DNA of 64,000 nucleotides from NCBI RefSeq assembly GCF_006345805.1, contig NC_043023.1, positions 2,604,001 through 2,668,000 on the forward strand, written 5' to 3'. Positions 23,906 through 36,439 of the stretch are shown in pieces (within the stretch, counting starts at the first letter, position 1; the number at the start of each line of letters is the position of its first letter). A program made the position numbers and the translations under genes. This DNA comes from Octopus sinensis. Its lineage: Eukaryota. The notes beneath the pieces were generated by a model. That model was not told where the DNA came from, made no database searches, and worked only from the letters and a program-made list of their open reading frames with translations.

Positions 23906-24405
23906 TATATAATAAAATATATACAGAGTAAAATAAAACCAATTTACCTTTTCTGTCCGTCCGTGTGTCTTTGCAAATGTGTTGGAATGATAAGTGAGTT
24001 GAGTTTTGGCGCCTTTTTTACTAATAACAAACACCACACGTGTTTGTATGTAGTTGTATGTGTATGTAGTTGTATATGTATGTGTATGCGTGTGTGTGAG
24101 GAATGACCACACACACTCACGCACGCACACATGTACATCAATGCTTTCGGAGTGATATGTTAAAATATTGAGTTTTCTCGAATTTGGTCTTAATTGGTGG
24201 TAAAATTGAAAGAAATTTTTTATGGCATCACCCACTGAAGTACTCTGAAAAATCTTAGGTAAATTCTAATTGAAGAAATTGTGTGAGGAGTAAATGGTTA
24301 TGTATTTATTTGTTTCTGTTTGCTGTGTTTTTTTATTTTTTGAGTAGTGGTTAAAATACTTTCAGTTTAGTCTTCCTCAAATCACTCTGTCGCTATTTAC
24401 TTTCA

Positions 24406-24660
24406 TCATTTATTCGTTGCACACTGTGTGGTGCGTTTGCGTGTGGTGTAAACCAGACTAAGAAAAGCATTTGACACACCACCAAATGTGAGTTTTCTGT
24501 AAATTTTGCTTAATTGGAGTTTAAATTTTAAAAACTGGACCTGGCATGACGCGATGCATTGTACTCTTAAAAATGCTAGGTAAATTGTAATTGAAGAAAT
24601 CCTATATTGTAGATTTCTATAACTCCCAAAGGGAGGCAGATAAATCTGCCTTTTATAATA

Positions 24661-24666
<6 letters not shown>
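24406..24666 (-). mobile_element. Second copy of the 23644-23905 element
   Basis: Direct repeat at an offset of ~760 bp, ends in (TA)n. Confidence 0.45.
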
Positions 24667-24714
<48 letters not shown>

Positions 24715-25179
24715 ATGGTGGTACTCCAGCACGTTTGCTGTCACATGGCTGAGATGCAGCAGAGAATTAAAAAAATTGTACATGTATGTATACCTATACG
24801 TATATGTTTGTGTGTGTATGTATGTATATATATGTGTATATGTATATATCTGCATGTATGTTTAAATAGGTGTAGGCATGGCTGTGTTATAAGATGCTTG
24901 CTTCCCAACCACATGGTTCTGGGTTCAATCCCATTCTGTGGCACCTTGGGCATGTGTCTTCTACTATAGCCTCGGGCCGACCAAAGCCTTGTGAGTGGAT
25001 TTGGTAGACAGAAACTGTCTCTAATCCCCTTTTTCTCTCCCTCCTTCTTTCACCATTTTCTACCTGTCTGTCTGTCCGTCTCTCTCTCTCTCTCTCTGTA
25101 TATATCTATGTGTGTTTGTTTTTGTGTTTGTATTTGTATCCCCATCACCCCTTGAACCCTCAATAATTTAAATGAGTCC

Positions 25180-25518
25180 CTAACAAATCATGTAACCCCA
25201 GATTGACAGTACTTTCCACAGGATATTTGCTGTTAACAAAAGTGTTACCTTTTGTAATGCCATAATGCTGAGACAGATTCCAATTATGTCAAAGAGTTTC
25301 TGGTAGGTTCCTCCTCCCTGACTCAAGTCTGTTAATCCTAATTGGCACCACTCTTGATTTCATATTCCACTTTCTCTCGAAATGTATTCTCAAATCTACA
25401 TATTTTATAGTTTTCTCATTTTTTGTATCATTGATCTATTGATCTCCTGGGCAAGGCATATCAGCCACCAAACACCTCCTCACAGCACCATTCTCCATCA
25501 AAGTTATGTCTGTCCTTG
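25180..25518 (-). pseudogene. Restriction-like endonuclease (RLE) C-terminus of an R4/Dong/NeSL-type non-LTR retrotransposon
   Basis: Own translation: RTDITLMENGAVRRCLVADMPCPGDQ*INDTKNEKTIKYVDLRIHFERKWNMKSRVVPI, then after a frameshift ALQKVTLLLTANILWKVL; fits the (P)D..D..K..KY RLE pattern. Confidence 0.7.
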
Positions 25519-25529
25519 AATGCTTAGTA

Positions 25530-25829
25530 TTCTTTTATTCTTTCATTTGTTTCAGTCATTTGACTGTGGCCATGCTGGAGCACTGCCTTTAGTCAAACAG
25601 GACTTATTCTTTGTAGACCTAGTACTTATTCAATCGGTCCCTTTAGTCGAACTGCTAAGTTACGGGGATGTTGTCAGGCGATGGTGCAGGGACAGACACA
25701 CAAACATATACACACACACATTCATACATGCATACATACATACATACACATATATATATGTGTATGTTTGTGTGTGTATATATATATATATAGGTGTGTG
25801 TGTGTGTATAAATTAGAAAAAGAGCTACC

Positions 25830-25873
<44 letters not shown>

Positions 25874-26100
25874 AATCTATGCTAGCATGGAAAGCAGACG
25901 TTAAACGATGATGATGATGATATATATATATATATACGACTGATTTCTTTCAGTTTCCATCTACCAAATCCACTCACAAGTCTTTCTTTGGCCCGAGGCT
26001 ATAGTAGAAGATACTTGCCCTATGTACCAGGTAGAGGGACTGAACCCAGAACCATGTGGTTAAGAAGCTAGCTACTTACCACACAGTCACTCCTGTGCCC
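25530..26100 (-). mobile_element. SINE family A copy interrupted by TA tracts and an RTE-type tail
   Basis: Tail at 25540-25680, body at 25936-26098; gctagcatggaaagcagacgttaaacgatgatg at 25880-25920. Confidence 0.7.
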
Positions 26101-26296
26101 AGAACTCTCACTGTCCAGATTATAAAATTAAGTTGACGTTATTTCTACGGAAACAAAATAATATAAAGAGCACTGCTAACACAATAGAACATGGTGTTGA
26201 TTCCTAAAACCATTTATTTTACTTCATATGATATTATGGTTGCATAGCAAAATGCTACATGCCTCGAAGTCATTAATTTAAAATTAAGAGTATCTC

Positions 26297-26700
26297 AGGC
26301 GCAGGAGTGGCTGTGTGGTAAGTAGCTTGCTAACCAACCACATGGTTCCGGGTTCAGTCCCACTGCGTGGCACCTTAGGCAAGTGTCTTCTACTATAGCC
26401 CCGGGCCGACCAATGCCTTGTGAGTGGATTTAGTAGACGGAAACTGAAAGAAGCCTGTCGTATATATGTATATATATATGCGTGTGTGTGTTTGTGTGTC
26501 TGTGTTTGTCCCCCTAGCATTGCTTGACAACCAATGCTGGTGTGTTTACGTCCCCGTCACTTAGTGGTTGGGCAAAAGAGACCGATAGAATAAGTACTGG
26601 GCTTACAAAGAATAAGTCCTGGGGTTGGTTTGCTCGACTAAAGGTGGTGCTCCAGCATGGCCACAGTCAAATGACTGAAACAAGTAAAAGAGTAAAGAGA
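26297..26700 (+). mobile_element. SINE family A, full length and little diverged
   Basis: aggcgcaggagtggctgtgtggtaag...gactgaaacaagtaaaagag. Confidence 0.85.
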
Positions 26701-27099
26701 GAGTTTGATTTTCTTGGATTTTCTCTGGTTTGCCTGATACCAATTCTTAATGGTTGGAAATTCATATTTCTTTCGTTGCGACCAGTGATATAAGCATATT
26801 ATAATGTGACACTTTTATTTTGTCTCTGAATCATTTTGCTTCCGAACAACACTGTTGAGAAAACCGCTTACTACTTGACTACGCTTGCACATATATAAAA
26901 AGATGAAGATCACCACTGATCATGAACGACCATTGGATTAAACCTAGAATGTTCCCCTCCGAGGAACAAGTCTGGGCAGGGTTGTTTGTGGAAGACCAAC
27001 AGTCACCCAGGCATACCAACCTCCCCTCTCCATGCCATTTTATGTACATAGGGAGAAGACGATGAGCTGGCAGAATCGTTGGCACGCCAGGCAAAATGC

Positions 27100-27580
27100 T
27101 TACTCTTTTACTTGTTTCAGTCATTTGACTGTGGCCATGCTGGAGCACCACCTTTAGTTGACCCCAGGACTTATTCTTTATACTTATAGTACTTATACTA
27201 TCGGTCTCTTTTGACAAACCACTACGTAACAGGGATGTAAACACACCAGCATTGGTTGTCAAGCGATGTTGGGGGGACGAACACAGACACACAAACACAC
27301 ATACACACACATATATATATATATATGATAAACGTCTTTCAGCATCGGTTTTCAAGCAATGCTAGAGGGACAAACACAGACACACAAACATGTACATACA
27401 CACATATATATACATATATACAAGGGGCTTCTTTCAGTTTCCATCTACCAAATCCATTCACAAGGCATTGGTCGGTCCGAGACTATAGTAGAAGACACTT
27501 GCCCAAGTACTACACAGTGGAACTGAACCCGGAACCATGTGGTTGGTAAGCAAGCTATTTAACACACAGCCACTCCTGCA
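27100..27580 (-). mobile_element. SINE family A copy with duplicated middle
   Basis: Tail, two caagc(g/a)atg..ggggac segments, head. Confidence 0.75.
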
Positions 27581-27789
27581 GCTTTGTAGAATTTCGTCTG
27601 CTGTTACATTCTGAATTCAGATTCTGCTGAAGGCAACTTTGCCTTTCATCCTTTCGGGGTCGATAAATTAAGTACCAGTTATGCACTGGAATCGATGTAA
27701 ATGACTTAATCCCTTTGCCTGTCCATGTTTGTCCCCTCTATGTTTAGCCCCCCCTCGTTGGCAATAAAGAAATATATATATATATATAT

Positions 27790-27937
27790 ATTGGTGTAGG
27801 AGTGGCTGTGTGGTAAGTAGCTTGCTTACAAACCACATGGTTCCAGGTTCAGTCTCACTGCGTGGCACCTTGGGCAAGTGTCTTCTACTATAGCCTTGTG
27901 AGTGGATTTGGTAGGCGGAAATTGAAAGAAGCCCGTC

Positions 27938-27978
<41 letters not shown>

Positions 27979-28225
27979 TATATATATATATGTATGTGTG
28001 TGTATATGTTTGTGTGTCTGTGTTTGTCCCCCTAGCATTGCTTGACAATCGATGCTGGTGTGTTTACGTCCCCGTAACTTAGCAGTTCGGCAAAAGAAAC
28101 CGATAGAATAAGTACTAGCCTAATAAAAAAAAAAGTCCTGGGGTTGATTTGTTTGACTAAAGGTGGTGTTCCAGCATGGCCACAGTCAAATGACTGAAAC
28201 AAATAAAACAAAGAATAAAAAGAAT
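27790..28225 (+). mobile_element. SINE family A copy
   Basis: Head, CORE-like segment, TA tract, tail. Confidence 0.8.
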
Positions 28226-28239
28226 ATACATAAGATAAA

Positions 28240-28541
28240 GGGTAAAGACCTCCTTTCATCATGAATAACCATGGGATTTTACTTAGAAAGTTCCCCTTCA
28301 AGGCGCAAGTCCAGGCAAATTTGTTTTATGGAAAACCAGCAGTTGTCCATGCATACCAGCCTCTTCTCTCTACGCCACCAATGTTATTCAAGTGAAAGGC
28401 AAATCTATAGATGAGTGAACTGAACCAACGTGAAATAAAGTGTCTTGCTCAAGAACACAACATACAACCCAGTCCAGGAATGTAAGTCTGCCTCATAATT
28501 GCGAGCCTTATGTTCGAGTTACTGAGCCATGAGCCTTCACT
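28240..28541 (-). mobile_element. tRNA-derived SINE, another family
   Basis: Minus strand head gtgaaggctcatggctcagtaactcgaac... followed by gtgttcttgagcaagacactttatttcacg; partial relative at 26910-27060. Confidence 0.6.
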
Positions 28542-28658
28542 GCATTTATATATACGCACACACACACACAACTGAACATTCATATGCATACACCACATAT
28601 ACATATGTATACATCAGTATATAGATACATGAACACATACAAATTCACATATGCATGT

Positions 28659-28703
<45 letters not shown>

Positions 28704-29099
28704 TATATTTAATATATATATATACCCATTCTTCTACCAAAATAAATTTACATATATACATCATTTTATATATACATAAACTCATAAACACATACTTGCA
28801 CTACACACATACATACATGTGCATGCAATCTGTGAGTATATATATATATATGTGTGTGTGTGTATCTAAATATATACATACCTACACACATAAATATATA
28901 TGTATGTATGTATATATATCCTTCCTTTAAGCAAGACATTGTACATACATACAATATATATACATTGGGATGTAGGTATATAAACACACGCGCCTGTATA
29001 TATATGTATATTCACACATGTACATACACACATATACATACATGCATAATCTCACTCACTCCCTCTGTCTCTCTCTCCCTCCCTCTGTCTCTCTCTCCC

Positions 29100-29160
<61 letters not shown>

Positions 29161-29724
29161 AACACATATACACACATTCATCTTTCCACCAAGATATTGG
29201 TTACTTTGTCAGCAAATAAACATTGCTAAGTCTTCATATATTTTCATTGCCAACTTGCAGACATATTCCTCAATAACCATCAACATTTGTTTTACCGATT
29301 CCATCCAATAAGATTCCGGATTTTGAATTATGCTTTCTGACCCTTGCTTTTTATACACTCACACCTACATACATGCACATGTGACTTCATATACACACAT
29401 ACACACACACATGTATATATATATATACATATATATATATAGGTTTATATGTATGTCTATGCCTGTGTGCTTATACATGTGTATATAATGTGTACATGTG
29501 TGTGTATATGTATTCATATATTTTTGTATGTTTATATACATATTTATGTTGTTGATGCTGTTGTTGTGGTTGTTGTTCTTTTTGGAATTATCCGTCATTG
29601 GTAGTTTTGGAGACTTTCACAAGTTTTGCCAGGAACAACGTCAATATTTACAGTGATAATAAAAGAGAAACACTCAAATCAAACATTATTATTATTATTA
29701 TTATTATTGTTATTGTTATTGTTA

Positions 29725-29766
<42 letters not shown>

Positions 29767-29780
29767 TCTAATATTATTAA

Positions 29781-30320
29781 GGCGGCGAGATGGCAGAAAC
29801 GTTAGCATGCTGCGCGAAGTGCTTAGCGGTATTTTGTCTGTTGCTACGTTCTGAGTTCAAATTCCGCCGAGGTTGACTTTGCCTTCTTTCATCCTTTCGG
29901 AGTTGATTAAATAAGTACCAGTTACACACTGGGGTCGATGTAATCGACTTAATCCATTTGTCTGTCCTTGTTTGTCCCCTCTATGTTAAGCCCCTTGTGG
30001 GTAGTAAAGAAATAGGTATTTCGTCTGCTGCTACGTTCTGAGTTCAAATTCCGCTAAGGTCGATTTTGCCTTTCATCATTTCAGGGTCGATTAAATAAGT
30101 ACCAGTTATGCACTGGGGTCGATATAATCGACTTAATCCGTTTGTCTGTCCTTGTTTGTCCTCTCTTTGTTTAGCCCCTTGTGGGCAATAAAGAAATAGG
30201 TATTTCACCCATTGCTATGTTCTGGGTTCAAATTCCGCTGGGGTCAACTGTGCCTTTCATCCTTTTGGGGTCGATAAAATAAGTACCAGTTGAACACTGG
30301 GGTTGATTTATCAACTCATC
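29781..30320 (+). mobile_element. SINE family B with three tandem ~186-bp body units
   Basis: gcta(c/t)gttctg.gttcaaattccgc at ~29842, ~30030 and ~30213. Confidence 0.8.
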
Positions 30321-30431
30321 CTCATCTTACTCAAGCTGTCCTTAAGGCAAAAATTGAAATGATTATTACTAATATTATTTAGGGCAGTGAGCTGGCAGAA
30401 TCATTAGAACACTCGGCAAAATGCTTGGTGA

Positions 30432-31010
30432 CACTGGAGTAAAATAAACGAAGCCCAATATACCCATCATGACTACCCGTCTATTAAGGGTACACTAGGC
30501 ACATGCATCACAATCATATGTGCGCGACCTGGTGATCTCATATCAAGATAAACAGCGCATGACCTTGCAGGTGGGGCCCAGTTAGAATTTCCTTCTGGTC
30601 GAGTAGCCCATCCTGCTCAAAAGATACCTAAATAAGGATTGTTTAAGGTTGTTGATCGAAGGATGTTCAGCGGCGGTGCCCCACCATGGCCGCGGCCTTT
30701 GGGCTAAAACATTTTAAAGGATTTTTGAGGATTTTTAAGGAACCACCCATGTTTCCAGAGGTGAATTATCCAAACCTCTAACAATTCCTTTCAACACATG
30801 GCTATGATGCTCCCCCACTACTTCTGCTCGTGGTCAGAGATGCTCATGTCGTCAACCACTAAGGGACATGCTCAACTGGTTAAGGTCAAACAATTGACAA
30901 GCAAATCTGTGGTATTGAGCAGAATATTTGCTGTAGCCCATCTTTTATACCAAGACAAAACAATGTACATGATAACACTTCCAATCAGTTAAGATCAGAA
31001 GCCATGAGAG
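30432..31010 (-). mobile_element. Family F element carrying an ~80-bp nested insertion
   Basis: Reverse complement of 16674-17229; extra segment at 30661-30740. Confidence 0.75.
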
Positions 31011-31429
31011 AACTTGTGAAACAGTTATAAACTATAAGTATAGGAGTAGCTGTGTGGTAAGAACGTTGCTTCCCAGCCACATGTGAGTGGATTTGGTAGA
31101 CAGAAACTGAAAGAAGCCTGTCGTATATATGTATATATATATTTATATATAGGCGCAGGAGTGGCTGTGTGGTAAGTAGCTTGCTTATCAACCACATGGT
31201 TCCGGGTTCAGTTCCATTGCATACACATACCTAGCTATACCTAGCTATACACATACCTAGTTCCATACCTAGCTATCTATCTGTCTGTATATATATATAT
31301 ATATATATATATAAAAGCAATTAAGATTCAAGTCAATTCTATTGAATTTACTTGAATGCGGTACTTAACTTAGATGCACCAGAAAACTATATGGTATTAA
31401 CCATACAATAATGTGGGGTGATTATAAAC

Positions 31430-31540
31430 GAGAAAAAAGCAACAAGAATGGATTAGTTTTTCAGTACAATTGTTTCATACAATTGTCTTGTATGAAACAA
31501 TTGTACTGAAAAACTAATCCATTCTCGTTGCTTTTTTCTC
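31430..31540. repeat. Near-perfect palindrome with 53-bp arms and a 5-nt loop
   Basis: 31430-31482 vs 31488-31540, 1 mismatch; the right arm abuts (TA)n. Confidence 0.9.
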
Positions 31541-32169
31541 ATATATAATATATATATATATATATATGTATAAAACATACACACAGACACATATATGCAT
31601 ATATATACATTTACACACACACACACACACACAAAAATATATATATATACACAGAAAAACATGTATATACATACATTTATATAGCATCAGGCTGACCAAA
31701 GACTTGTGAGTGGATTTGGTAGACAGAAACTGAAAAGAGGCTCGTCGTATATATGTATTTGTATATATATATGTGTGTTTGTGTGCCTGTGTTTGTCCCC
31801 CCGACATCGCTTGACAACCGATGCTGTTATAAATAAAGCATCTTTGGCAAATTGATACTCGGCAAAATGGCATTTCAAAATTCAAGTTAGCAATACCTCT
31901 TGTTTGATCAGTTATGAGGGAGAGAATGGCGATGGATAATTTCATAGAAATAAGTATGGCGGTGATGATGATGTATTTTGTGGAACTTGATAGCAGAGTT
32001 GTATATGTTACTAAACAAAAGTAATTTTGATTGAAGATTGTTTATTTTGAGAGTCTTCCATGATTGATGAATGACATGGTTGAGTAAGCGAACTTTGCAA
32101 TTCCCTGAGGCAGCAACATATTAAGAAAATTTTGAGTATATTAAAGAAAAATAAAGAGTGATTCTAACA

Positions 32170-32535
32170 TCGATAGAATAAGTACAAGGCTTACAAAGAA
32201 TAAGTCCTGGGGTCGATTTGCTCGACTAAAGGCGATGCTCCAGCATGGCCGCAGTCAAAATGAGTGAAACAAGTAAAAGAGTAACAGAGAAAAGAGACCG
32301 ATAGAATAAGTACTAGGCTTACAAGGAATAAGTCCTGAGGTTGATTTGCTTGACTAAAGGTGGTGCTCCAGCATGGCCAGTCAAAATGACTGAAACAAGT
32401 AAAAGAGAAAAGAGACCGATAGACTAAGTACTAGGCTTACAAAGAATAAGTCCTGGGGTTGATTTGCTCGACTAAATGCGGTGCTCCAGCATGGCCACAG
32501 TCAAATGACTGAAACAACTAAAAGAGTAAAGAGTA
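32170..32535 (+). repeat. Three tandem SINE family A tails
   Basis: gatag(a/c)(a/t)taagtac.aggcttacaa...ccagcatggcc three times. Confidence 0.85.
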
Positions 32536-32855
32536 ATTTTATTGACTTAAAACACTCTTTCTCTCTCACTCTTTGCTTTACCCTCTTTTTCTCTCTCTCC
32601 TTTTTCTTTCCCTCTTTGCCTTTCCATTCCACTAACCATGTGAGAGCGTTACAGACCGGTTAAGTAATAGAGGTAAAAATATCTTGGTTCTAGAATGAAA
32701 TTACACATTTCTCTCAGAACTACCTCCCTCTCCACCCTCCATCCCTCCCCCATCCCTCTTCAACCTCAGATGGGCTAAGTAACAGAGGAACAAGCAGAAT
32801 TATAAGATGACTTTGAATAATAATGATAATAATAATGATAATAATAATAATTATG

Positions 32856-32891
<36 letters not shown>

Positions 32892-33040
32892 TCAATAACA
32901 ATGATAATAATAAAAATAATAATAATAAATAATAATAATAATGATGATAATAATAATGATAATGATAATAATGATAATGATAATAATAATAGGGGGGAGC
33001 ATCATAGCCATGTGTTGAGAAGGATTCTTTGGTGTTTGAA

Positions 33041-33140
33041 NNNNNNNNNNNNNNNNNNNNNNNNNNNNNNNNNNNNNNNNNNNNNNNNNNNNNNNNNNNN
33101 NNNNNNNNNNNNNNNNNNNNNNNNNNNNNNNNNNNNNNNN
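33041..33140. other. Assembly gap (100 N)
   Basis: Run of n. Confidence 1.
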
Positions 33141-34035
33141 CTTCACTCCTGCTCCAGAGTGTGGAGTGCGGGGTCACTCCGAAAAGCTCTCTCTGCAACG
33201 ATTTCATCTCAATCGAAGGAGAGGGGCTTTCTCCGTCCGGGTTGTGGATCCGTGGAATAAGCTGCCAGACGAGATGGTGAAGATGCCGACGACCACTTTG
33301 TTCAAAGTCTCCCTTGACCTCAAGTGGCCTGAACTCTTTGCATGAACGCCACCCTGTACATAACTCCATGTCCCCCTAGATGACGCCATGGTGATCTCAT
33401 TCTTGCTCACAACATCATAAGCGGAAAGTGTAACCTCTCGAAAGAGCTGTTCTTCACTCCTGCTCCAGAGCGTCGGCTGCAGGGTCACTCCGAAAAGCTC
33501 TATCTGCAACGATTTCATCTCAATCGAAGGAGAGGGGCTTTCTCCGTCCGGGTTGTGGATCCGTGGAATAAGCTGCCAGACGAGATGGTGAAGATGCCGA
33601 CGACCACTTTGTTCAAAGTCTCCCTTGACCTCAAGTGGCCTGAACTCTTTGCATGAACGCCACCCTGTACATAACTCCATGTCCCCCTAGACGACGCCAT
33701 GGTGATCTCATTCTTGCTCACAACATCATAAGCGGAAAGTGTAACCTCTCGAAAGAGCTGTTCTTCATTCCTGTTCCAGAGCGTCGGCTACGGGGTCACT
33801 CCAAAAAGCTCTATCTGCGACGATGTCATCTCAATCGAAAGAGAGGGGCTTTCTCCGTCCGGGTTGCGGATCCTTGGAATAAGCTGCCGGTCGAGATGGT
33901 GAAGATGCAGATGACCGCTTGGTTCAAAGTCTGCCTTGACCTCAAGTGGCCTGAACTCTTTGCATGAACGCCACCCTGTACATAACTCCATGTCCCCCTA
34001 CATGGCCTTGCTTTTTGCTTTTTGAGCCAAAAACT
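33141..34035 (+). mobile_element. CR1/L2-type LINE 3' end present as three tandem 311-bp units
   Basis: RRRHGDLILAHNIISGK...RLRGHSKKL...GAFSVRVADPWNKLP...FKVCLD; catgaacgcc at 33341, 33652 and 33963; (ACTA)n tail at ~34018. Confidence 0.85.
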
Positions 34036-34059
34036 TTACTAACTAACTAACTAATATAT

Positions 34060-35640
34060 ACTCTCTCTCTCTCACTAACATGCATACACACACACACACA
34101 CATACACACACACCAGCATATGTACACACACACACACAAACACACACACCAAAGCAAACACAATGATACATATGCACACACACACACACGCACATACTCT
34201 TTTCTCTCTCTCACTCACCAACATATGCACACACACACACACACACCCACACAGAGACACCATCACACACACACACACCAGCACACCCACACAGAGACAC
34301 CATCACACACACACTCACACTAAAACAAACGCATATACATATATGCACTCAAACACACTGACAGATAAATGCTCACACACACACACACACACTTTGTTAC
34401 ACACACACACACACATACACACTTACTCTGTTACACACACACACACACACTTAGTCTGTTACACACACACATACACACTTACTCTGTTACACACACATAC
34501 ACACTTACTCTGTTACACCACAATACACACTTACTCTGTTACAACACACACACACACTTAGTCTGGTTACACAACAACTTACTCTGTTACACACACACAT
34601 ACACACTTACTCTGTTACACACACATACACACTTACTCTGTTACACACACACATACACACTTACTCTTTTACACACACACATACACACTTACTCTTTTAC
34701 ACACACACATACACACTTACTTTGTTACACACACACACATACACACTTACTCTGTTACACACATACACTTACTCTGTTACACACACACACATACACACTT
34801 ACTCTGTTACACACACACACATACACACTTACTCTGTTACACACACATATACATACATCTCTTTCATTGTCTTTCACACATACCCATGTCCTTCCCTCCC
34901 TCTCTCACACTTTTACCTTGTCCCTTTCACACACACACACACACACACACATGTTCTTAGCGAGGTATGGACTCACACATACAAAGGCACATACTAGTAA
35001 ACAGTAAGACAAATATATACACATACACACTTCTACATACACACAAACACACAACTTGCAGACAGTTCACACACACACACACACATTACACACTTACTCT
35101 GTTACACACACACACACACACTTAGTCTGTTACACACACACACACTTACTCTGTTACACACACACATACACACTTACTCTGTTACACACACATACACACT
35201 TACTCTGTTACACACACACATACACACTTACTCTTTTACACACACACATACACACTTACTCTTTTACACACACACATACACACTTACTTTGTTACACACA
35301 CACATACACACTTACTCTGTTACACACATACACTTACTCTGTTACACACACACACATACACACTTACTCTGTTACACACACACACATACACAATTACTCT
35401 GTTACACACACATATACATACATTTCTTTCATTGTCTTTCACACATACCCATGTTCTTCCCTCCCTCTCTCACACTTTTACCTTGTCCCTTTCACACACA
35501 CACACACACACATGTTCTTAGCGAGGTATGGACTCACACATACAAAGGCACATACTAGTAAACAGTAAGACAAATATATACACATACACACTTCTACATA
35601 CACACAAACACCACTTGCAGACAGTTCACACACACACACC
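34060..35640. repeat. CA-rich tract with a ~26-bp cacttactctgttacacacacacata minisatellite and a 565-bp duplication
   Basis: Unique ~220-bp block at 34861 repeated at 35426. Confidence 0.85.
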
Positions 35641-35743
35641 ACACACATTCACATAGGCCTACTCCCTCTGTTACCTCTCCCCCCACTCACACTCTTCTTT
35701 TGCTCCCTGTCACATATATACATACAAATGCTCTCTCAATCTA

Positions 35744-35785
<42 letters not shown>

Positions 35786-35942
35786 TAAAGCACAGGTTAA
35801 TACTCACTTTGTCCCCTCTCCCCCATACTCAGACTCTCTGTCTCACACACACACACACACACACACATACACACACTTAAATTTGTCAGTGGCACAATCC
35901 CAGATTCTAAAATTGGTTGGATTTAGAAATTACTGTGATACT

Positions 35943-36330
35943 GGTTGGTGGTGATGGTGATGATGGTGTTGAGGGTGGTGGTGGTGGTGATGATGGTGAT
36001 GGTGGTGTTGAGGGTGGTGGTGATGGTGATGATGGTGATGGTGGTGTTGAGGGTGGTGGTGATGGTGATGATGGTGATGGTGGTGTTGAGGGTGGTGGTG
36101 GTGGTGGTGGTGATAAAATGGTGATGGTAGTGGTAGTGGTGGTGTCGGTGATGGTAATGATGATGATGACACTCATAATGGTAGTGATGGTGGTGGTAGT
36201 TAAGGTAATAAAGACAGTGGTGGTGGTGGTATATGTAGTAGTGGTGGTGACAGTGGTACTGTTTATGATGGTGACAGTGATGATGATTGTTGTGATGTTG
36301 TTTTTGTTGTTATTGGTGGTGGTGGCAGTA
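35943..36330. repeat. (GGT/GAT)n tract including a 33-bp unit
   Basis: gatgatggtgatggtggtgttgagggtggtggt repeated. Confidence 0.9.
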
Positions 36331-36439
36331 GTATGTCCTTGCTGTTTACCTGGCAAAGATGGTGACAAAAAACAGAAATCTTCACCTGGAAATCAAGAGA
36401 AGAGTGCTTCTTTGAGCAGCCTCTAGGAAAATGAGAAAC

